Source of the DNA: Eledone cirrhosa
Lineage: Eukaryota
DNA length: 64,000 bases
Direction of reading: 5' to 3'
Assembly (NCBI GenBank): GCA_964016885.1
Contig: OZ024752.1
Span: forward strand, 13,578,001-13,642,000
Shown: positions 12,035 through 27,223 of the stretch, one piece after another
How the letters are laid out: every line of letters starts with the position of its first letter
Numbering within the stretch: the first letter of the stretch is position 1
The notes under the pieces: generated by a model
The model's database searches: none
The model's input: the letters and a program-made list of their open reading frames with translations, nothing else
What the model was told of the DNA's origin: nothing
Made by a program: the position numbers and the translations under genes

Positions 12035-12328
12035 GGAGGTGCATGGCCTAGTGGTAAGGGTGTTGGTCTTACGATCAAAATGTTGTGGATTTGGTTCTTG
12101 GGCTGGGTTGTGTGTTGTGTTCCTGAGCAAAACACTTCATCCCATGTTGCTCCAGTATACTCAGCTGAAAATGAGTACCAGCAATAGCTGGGGGTTTAAC
12201 CCTGTGATAGACTGGCATCCTCTCCAGGTTAGAGTCTTGTACTCTCAGTCACTTCACACCATGGAAACTGGGATAAGTTCCGGCCTAATGACCTTTTTGC
12301 CTTGAGACAAACTTTAGACTTAGACTTA
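12035..12328 (+). mobile_element. tRNA-derived SINE family B
   Basis: A box tggcctagtgg; core tgctccagtatactcagctgaaaatgagtacc; tail agactttagact; copies at 26423, 48961, 53740. Confidence 0.85.
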
Positions 12329-12904
12329 CAGGATGGGAAATGTTAAACAAGAGTATACCACCATTTCCCAACCAGCAATACCTACTACTATTACTATTTG
12401 CTGCTACTACTACTACTATTACTAATTCAACCCAGCTAAAACTAAGCTCTAGTATGTTGTTACCTTGGTAATTCAATGCCATTAACAGCCATCTGGAAAG
12501 CAATAATTCTTTTTTCTTATTAATTACAGCAGTACTATAGTAAATTTATTGTACAAGGTTTATGAATGTGACAAGATCTAGCAAGTAATACTAACCTGAT
12601 CACGAACACATCTTTGGTTATATTTCATATGAGTAGTATCATTAGAGAGGATCAGAATCCTTGCAACTAGATCTTTCTTCAGCTGGTCAATATGATTATC
12701 ATTGCACACCTGCAGAGGAGGCTGGACAGGTTATTTGAGAGGTCAGCAGTATTTATCTAATACTTGAGCTTTTAATGCATATAACCTGATACTTTAAGTC
12801 ACTTAGTGTGAATGATCTGTATGACACATCCATAAGAACATCACATATGGTGTTTTCTAACTTATGTTGTATTTCTACTCCTCATAGTCACGGTCATGGG
12901 TGAC

Positions 12905-13600
12905 ACAGCATGACCAAATGGTTAAGAAATTCACTTCGCAATCATTAGGTCTTTGGTTCAATCCCACTGCATGACATTTTGGGCAATTATCATTTACCAT
13001 AACCTTAGATTGACTCTTGCTTTGTAATCGAAATTGGATAGATAGAAACTGATTGGAAACCCATTTGATCGACCTTATCTGTATTTGAAAGGGCCAGCCT
13101 TGTCACACTGTATTATGCTGAATCTCCCTAAGAAGTATGTTAAGGGTACATGTGCAAGTGAAGGTGGGTGGATTAGTGCTTAAAGCATTGGTCTCACAAT
13201 CATAAGGTTGTGAGTTCAAATCCCAGGTCAGGCAATGCATTGTTTTCTTGAGCAAGACACTTTATTTCCATGTTGTTCCAGTTTACTCAGCTGTAGAAAT
13301 GAGTTGCGACGATGTCACTGGTGCCAAGCCATATTGGCCATTGTCTTTCCCTTGGACAAGAACAGTGGAGTGGAGGGGGGAGACTGGTTTGCATAGATGA
13401 CTGTTGGTCTTCCACAAATAAACCTTGCCCAGGCTTGTGCCTCGGAGGTAAACTTTCTAGGTGCAAAACCATGGTCATTTGTGACCAAAGGGGCCTTCAA
13501 AAACATTTGCATGTGGAATGCTGAGCCACTTACAGATTAATTCCATGAGCTGGGTGTTCCATTGGTCAAACTGGAACACTCATGATCAAAAATAGCAAGA
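12905..13600 (+). mobile_element. SINE family D interrupted by SINE family C (13160-13500)
   Basis: Family D body gggccagccttgtcacac..gggtacatgtg resumes at gtggaatgctgagccacttac (~13512); the insert matches 51893-52225. Confidence 0.7.
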
Positions 13601-14110
13601 GCCAGTCTATTCAGATATGATCTAACTTGAGCCATGAGGTAAGGAGCTCCTAAAAGGTTGTGATGCAGTCAAATCATATGTTAGTGTATAAAAAAAGGAT
13701 ACAACATATTCTTAGATAACAGAGCTGACCTGGGGCTAAACAATAACACACTTATCTGGAAAAGGAGATGACATATCAAACTAGATTTGGCAGTATCAGT
13801 AGAGGGTCGGATGCCATGCTTTGACGCATAGAGTTACAGCCTTTGCCTTTCATAACATAAAGTACCAGTAATGCACTGGGGTAATTGCTGGCATTGTGCC
13901 AAAAGTAGAAACAATTATGAAACTGGGAAGGACATAACCTTTTCTTACTGGAAGAAGATGCACTCTATTTGACAAACTAAAGAGATGGGATGGTCACAGC
14001 TGGAAAACATTTTGATCATAAGTCTCCTCATTCAAAGCTGTCTTAGGATTAAATAACAAGAAGAACAACAACACTGATCTGGAAAAAGGAAATAATATAT
14101 CTAACTAAAA

Positions 14111-14253
14111 CAGACATGGGCAAACCTTTTCAAGTAGTGAGCCACATAGGATGTGCCTCATAAAATGGGTGACACTCCTAAAAAATTCAAGGCAATTTTG
14201 AAATTAGGTGTGCCATACAGAAAACCAAATGTGCCTCAGTTTGCCCATGACTG
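14111..14253. mobile_element. hAT (Charlie-like) MITE
   Basis: TIR cagacatgggcaaac/gtttgcccatgactg; 8-bp TSD aactaaaa/aactagaa. Confidence 0.75.
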
Positions 14254-14263
14254 AACTAGAATA

Positions 14264-14740
14264 TTAACCCTTTAGCATTTACATTACTTTATATTTACTA
14301 TTGTATTTTTGTAGTAAAGGCTTTAACTCATAATATTGAATCTATGAGATTTTCATATCCTTTATTTTGAGGACAATACCTTAACATCAGTATGAGCAGC
14401 AGGTTACAGCCAGTTTGAACAGAAAGAGGTGAGAGAATTCTGGCTAGATATGGCTGGTTTAACCCTTTAGCATTTAAATAATCCTTATCCGGCTAGAGTT
14501 CTCTCACCCCTTTCTGTTCAAATTGGCTGTAAATAGCCACTCATACTGATGTTAAGGTATTGTTCTCAAAATAAATAATTGTTTCTACTTTAGGCACAAG
14601 GCCAGCAATTACCCAGTGCATTACTAGTTCTCAAAATAAATAATATCAAGATCCCATAGATTCGATATTATGCGTGATAATTATGTGAGGTAAAGACATT
14701 TCTATGAAAACATAATAGTAAATATAGAGTAATGTAAAGG
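14264..14740. mobile_element. Two oppositely oriented piggyBac-type MITE copies joined at TTAA
   Basis: TTAA-CCCTTTAGCATTT termini at 14264 and 14459; bodies are reverse complements. Confidence 0.75.
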
Positions 14741-15060
14741 GAGAGAATATATTTTAATCCTACCTGCTGAAGGTAATGTAATATATTTTCTTGACAGTTC
14801 CCCTCTTCCCCCTGTAAAGAAATCAGAAAATTATTATTCGTTTAACACCAACACCATTAACACTACCCCCAACATCAACCCCCCACCACCACCATCACCA
14901 ACCCCACCACCATCACCAATACCAATATAAGATTGCCCGCCCTCACTACAAATTTGTTTCCTGGTTGTTGACAAATGCCATTGACAGCCAGATTTCTAAG
15001 GTCATATTTTTCATTTATACTCAGCAGCATGTAGTGCCTTGCACAGCCATGTAGAACCAC

Positions 15061-15226
<166 letters not shown>

Positions 15227-15556
15227 TATACTATAGCTATTGTGATTACTCATGAAGTCAATATATCTATTTACTCATACTTATATGAAAAGAAAACTGA
15301 CAAATAAAAACAAAACAATGAAATGTATGTGTGAGTGTGAAAGAGATATATGTGTATGTGTGTATGTACGTGTGAGTGTGAAAGGGAGAAATAGATATGT
15401 GTATGTGTATGTGTATGTGTGTGCATGTATGTGTATGTGTATGTATGTATGTATGTATGTGTGGAAGGGGTAATGTTTCCTCATATTAAATGCTAAAAAT
15501 ATAGATGAAATTAATATAAACACATTGTTCTCAGTTACCCTAAACTACATATCCAG

Positions 15557-16472
15557 TATCAGTCCTTCCCACAAACAAACTTTATATCAAGACATGTATC
15601 ATTCAGTCCTTCACTCAAATATACTTTATATCAAGACATGTATCAATTCTTCACACAAATATACTTTATATCAAGACATGTATCAGTCCTTCACACAAAT
15701 ATACTTTATATCAAGACATGTATCAGTCCTTCATACAAACATACTTTATATCAAGACAGGTATCAATCCTTCACACAAATATACTTTATATCAAGACATG
15801 TATCAGTCCTTCACACAAACATACTTTATATCAAGACATGTATCAGTCCTTCACCCAAATATACTTTATATCAAGATATATCAGTCCGTCACACAAACAT
15901 ACTTTATATCAAGACATGTATCAGTCCTTCACACAAACAAACTTTATATCAAGACATGTATCATTCAGTCCTTCACTCAAATATATTTTATATCAAGACA
16001 TGTGTCAGTCCTTCACACAAACATACTTTATATCAAGACAGGTATCAGTGCTTCACACAAATATACTTTATATCAAGACATGTATCAATCAGTCCTTCAC
16101 ACAAATATACTTTATATCAAGATATATCTCAGTCCTTCACTCAAATATACTTTATATCAAGATATATCTCAGTCCTTCACACAAATATACTTTATATCAA
16201 GATATATCTCAGTCCTTCACACAAATATACTTTATATCAAGACATGTATCAGTCCTTCACACAAATATACTTTATATCAAGACATGTATCAATTCTTCAC
16301 ACAAATATACTTTATATCAAGACATGTATCAGTCCTTCACACAAATATACTTTATATCAAGACATCTATAAGTCCTTCACACAAATATACTTTATATCAA
16401 GACATGTATCAGTCCTTCACTCAAATATACTTTATATCAAGACATGTATCAGTCCTTCACACAAATATACTT
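15557..16472. repeat. 40-bp minisatellite, ~22 units
   Basis: Unit tcagtccttcacacaaatatactttatatcaagacatgta. Confidence 0.95.
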
Positions 16473-16765
16473 TGGTGCCACACAGTAATACAGAAGACCT
16501 GTGTTGCCTATGTACAAAGCGAAACCTACAGTCAGTAGGCACCCCTTAACGAAATATACATCCCAACTCACTACCCTACTCCATCCTCCCATCCCACCAA
16601 CACCACCCTCTCTCTGCAAAGTTGGTGCCACAACATCCAGTCCAAACTAATGAGATAATGAGATCGAGATCGTGTAGGTGTCACAACAACAAAAGAAAAC
16701 ACACACAGTCCACGCTGTAATGTGGCCGTGTAGGTAAAACGGTAAAAAGTTCCCACTCCACACTG
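16473..16765 (+). mobile_element. Fragment of RTE LINE ORF end and 3' UTR
   Basis: Matches 47835-48105 (gtacaaagcgaaacctacagtcagtaggcacc). Confidence 0.85.
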
Positions 16766-17024
16766 AACTCGGTGGGATTTGAACTCAGAACGTAAAGGGC
16801 CGTAACTCTATGCTCCAAAGCACGCTGTCCAATGTTCTACCAATTCTGCCAATCCACTGCCCCTTTTATATCGAATAATAATAATGTTCGATTCATTAGC
16901 ATAATGAGGCTGTTTGTTTGTAAATGATCGAATATTATCATTATGCGATCTAAAACTCACAAACACGTTTATAAAAACTTTATTTATGCTTTTCTTCCTG
17001 ATTGGCAAATAAGGCTTCAATATT

Positions 17025-17292
17025 TCTGGTGGGCAGCCCTTTGACTTGTAAATACATCTGGTGGGCAGCCCTTTAAATCATTAATATAGTCCATCTGGTG
17101 AGCAGCCCTTTAAATTGTAAATATAGTCCGGGTGAGCAACCCTTTAAGTTGTCAATATAGTCCATCTGGTGGGCAGCCCTTTAAATTGTAAATATAGTCC
17201 ATCTGGTGAGCAGCCCTTTAAGTTGTTACTATAGTCCTTCTGGTGAGCAGCCCTTTAAATTGTTACTATAGTCCTTCTGGTGAGCAGCCCTT
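17025..17292. repeat. ~37-bp minisatellite, ~7 units, with one more unit at 17728-17762
   Basis: Unit ccatctggtgagcagccctttaaattgtaaatatagt. Confidence 0.9.
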
Positions 17293-17727
17293 CTTCTTTA
17301 CCCACTTATTCCTGAGAGGATCGTTGGAGCAGAGTCCTGAAACACTCCCTCCAGTGTCAGAAGTAACTGTCTCCAACTAATCCAGCTTTATCCGCAAGCG
17401 TGACCAGCGAACCTCATGGATGTTATCCAACCAGCTTGATATGGATCTACCTCCGAGTCACTTGCTGGTTGGTTTTGCCTGTAAAATCTGTCCAGCGATT
17501 CTTTCCTGAGACATTCTAACCATATGCCCATAGTTTCGGAGCTGTGATCTCTCAATTCAGAGAAGTAGTGACTCTACCTGGAGTGACTCTCCAGTGATTC
17601 TTTCCTGAGACATTCTAACCATATGCCCATAGTTTCGGAGCTGTAATCTCTCAATTTGGAGTAGTAACCTGGAGTGACTCTCTGATCTCCGAGCTACACA
17701 CTTTATCGAGTCACATTACTCCAAAGA
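17291..17727 (-). mobile_element. 3' fragment of a second RTE-like LINE family with ~90-bp internal duplication
   Basis: Homologous to 29770-30022, 36292-36452, 59773-59997. Confidence 0.75.
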
Positions 17728-18103
17728 CCCTTTAAACTGTAAATACAGTCCTTCTGGTGGGCTTCAACAATTGGAATTTACTCGAAATCTTCCTAGTTCC
17801 ATGTACAACATTCAAATATTAGAAGACTGCCTCAAACATGATGGATTTTAGCCATGACTAATAAAAATTTGTTTTTGTTTGTTTTTGCTTTCTTTTTGAA
17901 GAGCACCTCTTGTACAAGATTGTACTTGTTAGCAAATATTTATGGTTTAAAAAAAAATAAAACCTCATAAATTAAGTACTATTTAAAAATTTCTTTTTAT
18001 GTGGAAGGATTTAATTAAGTACAGCACTCAGCTCCAACATTATTGAACAGTTTTACACTTTCTTATCGTGATTTGATTTATTTATGAATTCATCTGTCAT
18101 TGT

Positions 18104-18545
18104 TTGGCAGTATCGGTAGAGTTACGGCCCTTTACAGTCTGAGTTCAAATCCCGCCGAGGTTAGCTTTGCCTTTCATCCTTACGGGGTTGATAAAATAAA
18201 GTACCAGTAATGCACTAGAGTAATTGCTGGCCTTGTGCCAAAAGTAGAAACAATTATTGTTTCTACAGGATATGTGGAGAAAGAGAGAGAGGGGGGGAGA
18301 GAAATTGTTGGCCTTGTGTCAAAAGTAGACAATTATTATTCGATATAAATGGATGGTAGATTGGCAGTATCAGTAGAGCGTCGGATAACATGATTAGCGG
18401 CATAGAGTTATGACCCTTTACGCTCTGAGTTTAATACCTATCAAGGTTAGCGGTGCCTTTCATCATTGCGGGGTCGATAAAATAAAGTACCAGTAATGCA
18501 CTGGGTATTTGCTGGCCTTGTGCCAAAAGTAGAAACAATTATTAT
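18104..18545 (+). mobile_element. Two SINE family A copies
   Basis: 18104-18257 and 18352-18543, A/B boxes and core. Confidence 0.85.
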
Positions 18546-18559
18546 CTATCTAGAAAGAT

Positions 18560-18953
18560 ATCTATATCATACTAAAACTCTGTGATTGCTTGCTTGCTTG
18601 TCTGTAATGTAATACAGCCAAGGGGGCGCATAATGAGAAAATACTTTGAAAGGAAGCTGACCCTGAAATGGGAATACCAATGGAACAAAATAATTATTCG
18701 CGTAAATAGGAGCACGGGTTCCCGAGATATGGGGTTTTCCCGGTACCTTCAGAGAGAAGGATAGAGAGAAAGAGATAGTGGTTGTGAGAGAATAGATTGA
18801 AAGAGAGAGATAGAGAGAGGGAGAGACGAGAATGGAAGAGAGAGAGAGAGAGCTGGTGTTGTTGTGTGTGTGTATATATATGTGTGTGTCTATGACCAGT
18901 GTATATAGACCACATAGATATATATACACACACATACACATATGTATATACAC

Positions 18954-19047
<94 letters not shown>

Positions 19048-19194
19048 GTATATATATGGGCCTTCCAGTTTCATTTCACATTATACACATGTCTGTGTCT
19101 ATTTTAATTATTTAGAAATTATTTTTAAGTGAACGTGGCTTTAAAAAAAATATTTTGAAGTGAACGTGACCCGACGGGTCACGGGTGGTCTAGT
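18560..19194 (-). mobile_element. HINE/Helitron-like non-autonomous element, copy of 5158-5795
   Basis: Hairpin cgtgaccc-gac-gggtcacg near the CTAGT end; shared body. Confidence 0.6.
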
Positions 19195-19272
19195 CTATTA
19201 TAAATTTCCGGTTGGTTGATTCAATAATCGGACGGTTAATTATTTATTTATAAATAATTATGTATGTATGTT

Positions 19273-19313
<41 letters not shown>

Positions 19314-19352
19314 ATGCTTTGGGAGGGTCATGTTGCCAGTATATTCAGAAAC

Positions 19353-21291
<1,939 letters not shown>

Positions 21292-22648
21292 TAGATTGAG
21301 TTATAAACTCAAAATAGTCTTTTACAATTAAATAGCTCAAAGAAGGGAATCTTTCCCAGCCGTGTTCATCCTTCTCATATATCTATTGGATATATGAGAG
21401 GGATGAACACACATTCATACAATCCAGTATTCTGTTATACATGTGTTCCAATTGAAAATCACCAAGTTAGTTAGGTTGAAAAATACTACTTTAAAACAAT
21501 ATGGTTTGCCTGACTCGATTTAACATAATAAATCAATAAAAATAACAAACCTATATCTGGCAAATAGCCAGTATTTTTCAACCTAGCTAACTTGGTCATT
21601 GGCAATTGGAACACATGTATAGTTATATCTGTGGTCATCCCTCTCATATACCCAATTATATATATACATTCATATTTATTAACCCTTTCAATATACCATA
21701 TTTCTAATGAAAGATGCTGCCTATGACTAAATTTCTCAAATGGCATAAAGTTTGTTACATAAAATTATCATGGATAGTTTTGGGATAAATGAAAATAAAC
21801 AGCCTTGTACAATGGAACCAGGGGCGATTTGGTATCATAAGGGTTAAAGTTTCTTTGTAACCTTTTTTTCCAGGAAACACTTGAAAGACGTAATACTGGA
21901 ATTCAACTTCAGCGCATACAGTGACACTAAAGCCAAACTGAATCACAACGAGGTTATTATAAATGCAGGGGCGACTGGATATTTGTCGAAGTTCTAGGTC
22001 AGGTATTCTAAAGTAAGTCAATGTGTGTGTATAATATATACTGCATACAGCAGGATAAACTATAGCTTTCCTGTTCAGAAAATGTAAATGCCTGTACGAG
22101 AAGTTCAGTGGCATATTTCAAATGAATTTCAATCAAGTAGAATACACGCACACCTGTGAATGATTGCGGAAAGCCATTGTGATTTGAACGAATATATTTA
22201 CTATTTAAGAAACTACAATAACCAGAAGATCACGTACAGAATATACAATTAAGGCAATTAAATTAATATTCTGAGAATTTCTTTGTAAAAGTTTCCTTTG
22301 ATGTAGATGATAACAAACACAATGATAACAATATTAAATACAACAGTACGGTTTTTTTTGTTTGTAGTTTTTGTTTTTCGTAAAAAAAAGATCCCCAAAA
22401 TATTTGGCCTTATAAATAAACTAACAAATGTTTTATGGTGTATTAAAGATAAATAAATGTTTGTAACGACACGAACGTTGGACACACTGCTCGAAATGTT
22501 ATTAGAGGGAAACTCGAGTACCCTTTGTGAGATTGAGTGAGAATGTTATCTCCCCTCTTTTATTTTCTTTATATATAAATTATTTATTTGTGTCTGGTCA
22601 TTTGAAATAAATATTTTTAATTTCTGTAAATATTTCTAAAAATGTCTA

Positions 22649-23150
22649 CAGGGTGGTCCGAAAGTCTTGTCACCCCTTGACACATATTGTTTTAACTTCC
22701 ATTATTTTTTGGCATTATCGGTAGAGAGTCGGACGCCATGCTTTCCAGTATAGTTATGTCCCTTTACGGTCTGAGTTCAAATCCCGCCGAGGTTAACTTT
22801 GCCTTTGATCCTTACGGGGTCGATAAAATAAAGTACCAGTAATGTACTGGGTAATTGCTGGCCTTGTACCAAAAAGTAGAAACAATTATTTTTTGTTTTA
22901 ATAATATAATTTATAATAATAATAATATAATTTCTATTTCAGAGCTCCTGCAGTTTGGAAGAGAGGGTGCTTGCAAGTGTATGGACACATGATCGTGTGC
23001 ATTCTGGCAAGAGCATAGAGGATGTGCGACATGACTTCACTGCAAGTTTCGGAAAAACAGCTCCTCCGAAGAGGACGATACTGCGATGGGAACATAAACT
23101 GTTTCTCATTACTTTTTGGAAGGGGGTGACAAAACTTTCGAACCATCCTG
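22649..23150 (+). mobile_element. Internally deleted Tc1/mariner element containing SINE A (22710-22890)
   Basis: TA-flanked TIRs cagggtggtccgaaagtcttgtcacccc/ggggtgacaaaactttcgaaccatcctg; transposase N-terminal HTH-like EERV..VRHDF..FGKTAPPKRTILRW. Confidence 0.82.
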
Positions 23151-24138
23151 TACATGTTTATAATACGACTCAATTCCCCTTTTCTCTAAATGTTGTCTCC
23201 CATGTAGAGCTTGTAACAGACGGACTGTTGATGGAGTTTCTTTACTAGCGGATGTGTTATTGAACTGGTCAGCAGAAAAAGGAACTCCCCGTGAGGCGAA
23301 CAACACACCCTAAAGTCATGGGGAAAATCTTTCTTACGTTTGTCAATGTTTGTCGATCAATAAACAACATTTCAACAAAACACAGTTTGTTGTTATTTCA
23401 GATATAGTTTACCTAAAAGCTATACTCTTTATTTCTTCCACCTCTTTAGATTCTGAGTTCACATTCAGCCGATGTCAACTTTGCCTTTCACCAATTCAGC
23501 ACTCGATACTGTCAAGGAGACAAGTAAGTACTGAAATAAATTTAACTGACTTACATTTCTGAACTCGTAAAAAAGTATTATTAGTGCTCTTGCAACATGA
23601 CATCAATGAAAGGAGGGGGGAAGGGGTATTTCTAACTTGGGAGTTTTGAAAATCTTTCAATATATAGAATATCTAGAATCCACAAAAGGAAAGGAGATCC
23701 CGAAAGAAACTTCGTGCCCACTAATAAAATTCATATCTGAGGCCCTTGGAGATTTTCACTTTAGAATACAGTGGCGGACTGGGGCTAAAAATATTGGTTG
23801 CCAGCCGATAAAGAGGGCCCACCCACATATAGAATGCTATCATTTAATTTTTATAATGAATAAATAACATTTTCAAAAAATACATCAGTGAAAACAAAAC
23901 AGTGCTATCAAATTTTTGCGGGAAAAAAGTGTATATTTTACTAATTATAGTGTATATATACTGTACATATTACTGGCAGTATACAGTAATACTAACTGTT
24001 AATACAGAATATTATAATTGAATTTTTAAATAATTGTGAATATACAGTATACTGTTATTTAGAGTAACCCCCCCCCCCCCCCAACCCCCAAATATATATA
24101 AAGTACCTTGCGAAATATACACATCCAGAAACTTATAA

Positions 24139-24329
24139 TAATTGTTTCTACTTTAGGCACAAGGCCAGCAATTACCCAGTGCATTACTGGTACTTTATTT
24201 TATCGACCCCGTAAGGATGAAAGGCAAAGTTAACCTCGGCGGGATTTGAACTCAGATCGTAAAGGGACGTAACTATGCTGGAAAGCATGGCGTCCGACCC
24301 TCTACCGATACTGCCAATCCACCGCCCTT
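24139..24329 (-). mobile_element. Full-length SINE family A, near consensus
   Basis: gggcggtggattggcagtatcgg..gagttcaaatcc..agaaacaatt; ttataataat on both sides. Confidence 0.92.
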
Positions 24330-24469
24330 ATAATAATGACCTTTTGTCTTTCACACTCATTCAATATATATATCTGGGAGTGTATGTACATGTACATATG
24401 TATAGATAGATTTATATATATGTATACATACATGTTTTCAACGTGTACAAAAATGATTTGGCGACTCAC

Positions 24470-25290
24470 TCTCCCTTGGGATTTTACACTGACAATAAAG
24501 ACTTATGTAACAGACAATGATCTTTTTATATGACCGTATTGTTTGAGTACTCTAGACTTGACAATTGATGTAATTGGTCTAAGTCTGGTAATGTTGAGCA
24601 GCTCACTGATACAGATACGGTCGTTGAGCCGCTTGCCAGTCATAAGTCTCATGATGTGGTTCTGGAATGTAGAGAGCTTCTGAAGTGACCTTGTCGTGCA
24701 ATTAACACAGCCAAGACCATATAACACAACTGGTAGGATGTAAGTATCGAAGATCTTAGCCTTCAAATGATAGGAAAATCGTTTTGATGTTAGTACTTCT
24801 TGTTCTTGTTGAAAGCTGCCCAACCTAGAGCGATGCCATACTGCACAGCAACCATTCCATTGTTGTTTGATTATAGTTTGTAACCGAGATATACAAACTC
24901 CGTAACTTGAGAAATTTGCTGGTTGTGGATTATGATTTGCAGATTGGCATTGTTTTTATCAGTTGTCATACAATTTGTTTTGGAGATGTTGATGCGTAAG
25001 CCAGCCTCTAGTGAATGTTTGACCAGGACATTCAGAAAGTCTTGCAGATCAGTTCTAGAGTAACTCACTCATGATGGCCAGATCGTCTGCATAGCTAAGA
25101 TTTGATAGGATTTTACCTCCTATTTGATAGCCAGAGGAGCATTCTTCTTCAGTTTGGTAGATAAGTGCAGCTATAACTATGCAGAAAAGAAGTGCTGATA
25201 GTACATCCCCCTGCTTAACTCCCTTAAATCCGGCTCTGCATCCAGCTGGTTTCCAAAGAGATTCTGTCTTTCCAATTTCAATCACAAGGA
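24470..25290 (-). pseudogene. RTE-like LINE reverse transcriptase fragment
   Basis: GVKQGDVLSALLF, LSYADDL, GLRINISKT, FVYLG, ILPVVLYG, YGHIKR. Confidence 0.88.
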
Positions 25291-25529
25291 TATGGTAAGA
25301 GACACCCTAGATGTCAATCAGTGGGAACAAACGCAGGCCCTAATGGCAGCGAAGTTAACTTCTAACACAATTTAGCTATGTTACATCCACACTCGACAAT
25401 TATATAGTTGATTAAATAGACAAACTTTATGTACTGTAGACATTATAGGAATTGCTTAAACTATTTACTTCAACAATACCCTAGAAAATCTATCAAGTTA
25501 TACATTTGGAAGTGTTGTTTATATAGAAA

Positions 25530-26115
25530 CGGTGAATTAGCAGAGTCGTTAAAACGTCAGATAGAATGGCAGATACGTTAGAACGTCAGATAGAATGGCA
25601 GAGTCGTTAGAACGTCAGATAGAATGGTAGAGTCGTTAGAATGTCAGATAGAATGTTTTGTAGTATTCGTTCTGGCTCTCTGCTCTTTCGGTTCAAATTC
25701 TGCCTGTACTTTTTTTATTGATCTCGAAAGGGTGAAAGGTAAAATCGATCTCTTTCGGTTCAAATTCTACCGGTACTTTTTTTTTATTGATCTCGAAAGG
25801 GTGAAAGGTAAAATCGATCTCTTTCGGTTCAAATTCTACCGGTACTTTTTTTTTATTGATCTCGAAAGGGTGAAAGGTAAAATCGATCTCTTTCGGTTCA
25901 AATTCTGCCGGTACTTTTTTTTTATTGATCTCGAAAGGGTGAAAGGTAAAATCGATCTCATTCGGTTCAAATTCTGCCGGTACTTTTATTTTTATTGATC
26001 TCGAAAGGGTGAAAGGTAAAATCGATCTCTTTCGGTTCAAATTCTGCTGAGATCGTCTTTGCCTTTCATCCTTTCGAGGTCGATAAAAAAGTACCAGTCT
26101 AGTACTGGGATCGAT
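25530..26115 (+). mobile_element. SINE with internal tandem arrays (29-bp x4; ~70-bp x5)
   Basis: gcagagtcgttagaacgtcagatagaatg repeats 25540-25655; ggttcaaattct..gatctcgaaagggtgaaaggtaaaatcgatctctttc repeats 25690-26045. Confidence 0.85.
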
Positions 26116-26422
26116 TCTTCCTTTATATCTCTTTCTCACTTTTTATCCTTCTCTGGAAGAAATCTACTGCATTTAGACCCTAGTAATCCAAATATAATTC
26201 AAATGGCCTTATCTCACGCTGAGTCTCCCTTACAACTACATTAAGTGTACACGTGTCTGTGGAGTGCTCAGACATTTGCACGTTTAATTTCAGGTGCAAG
26301 CTGTTGCTTTGAACAATACACACACACGCACAGACACACACACACACGCATACATACACGCATTCATTCGTATATACATACATATACACTTACATACAAT
26401 ACTGCGTACGCACATACGTGTC

Positions 26423-26703
26423 GAGGCACGTGGCCTAGTGGTAAGGGTGTTAGACTTACGATCATAATGTAGTGGGTTCGATTCCTGGGTTGCGTGTTGT
26501 GTTCTTGAGCAAATCACTTCATTTCACGTTGCTCCAGTATACTCAGGTGAAAATGAGTACCAGCAAAAGCTGGAGTTTTAACCCTGCGATGGACTGGCGT
26601 CCTGTTCAGTGGTATGTCTTGTACTCTCAGTCGCTTCATGCCATGGAACCGGAATAAGCACCGGCCAAATGAGCCTTCTGGCTTAAGACAGACTTTAGAC
26701 TTT
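26423..26703 (+). mobile_element. SINE family B
   Basis: A box, B box ggttcgattcc, gcgatggactggcgtcctgt segment. Confidence 0.88.
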
Positions 26704-27223
26704 TTAGACGTACGTACGTACATGTATGCATAGATATATGTATGCGTACATATACACATGTCCACATACACACATAAAACATACGTCACATACACATATA
26801 AAACATACGTCACATACATACATAAAACATACGTCATACATACATACATACATAAAACATACGTCATATATACATACATGCGTTGCATACATATACATAC
26901 ACGCTCGCACACAAACATGTATGTGTATGTTTTAGTGTACCAAGTGTCAGTATATTTATGTTTTATGTATTAATAATTAAATAGGTAAATGAGAAAGAAT
27001 ATAGAATCTCACCTGTGTAATTTTTTTAATACATAATTCACATTGCCTATACAAGTAGCTTTTGTAGTTTCTCTCTCTCTCTCGACCCCCCTCTCTCTCT
27101 CTCTACCCCCCTCTCTCTCTCTCCTTTTATGACACACCAAATAAAGTGTGTTGTAAATATGCAGGTATTTAGAACAGGTATTTACAGCTGTGTGTGTATT
27201 ATAGTTCATAAACATATCTGCTT

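Noticed and set aside
15525-16549. 337/303/217-aa ORFs
   Set aside because: A stop-free 40-bp minisatellite is open in all three frames; no domain signal
25624-26139. Repeat-protein ORFs on both strands
   Set aside because: Products of the SINE-derived ~70-bp tandem array
26423-26490. tRNA genes at A/B-box motifs
   Set aside because: No complete cloverleaf seen; they continue into SINE bodies present in several copies
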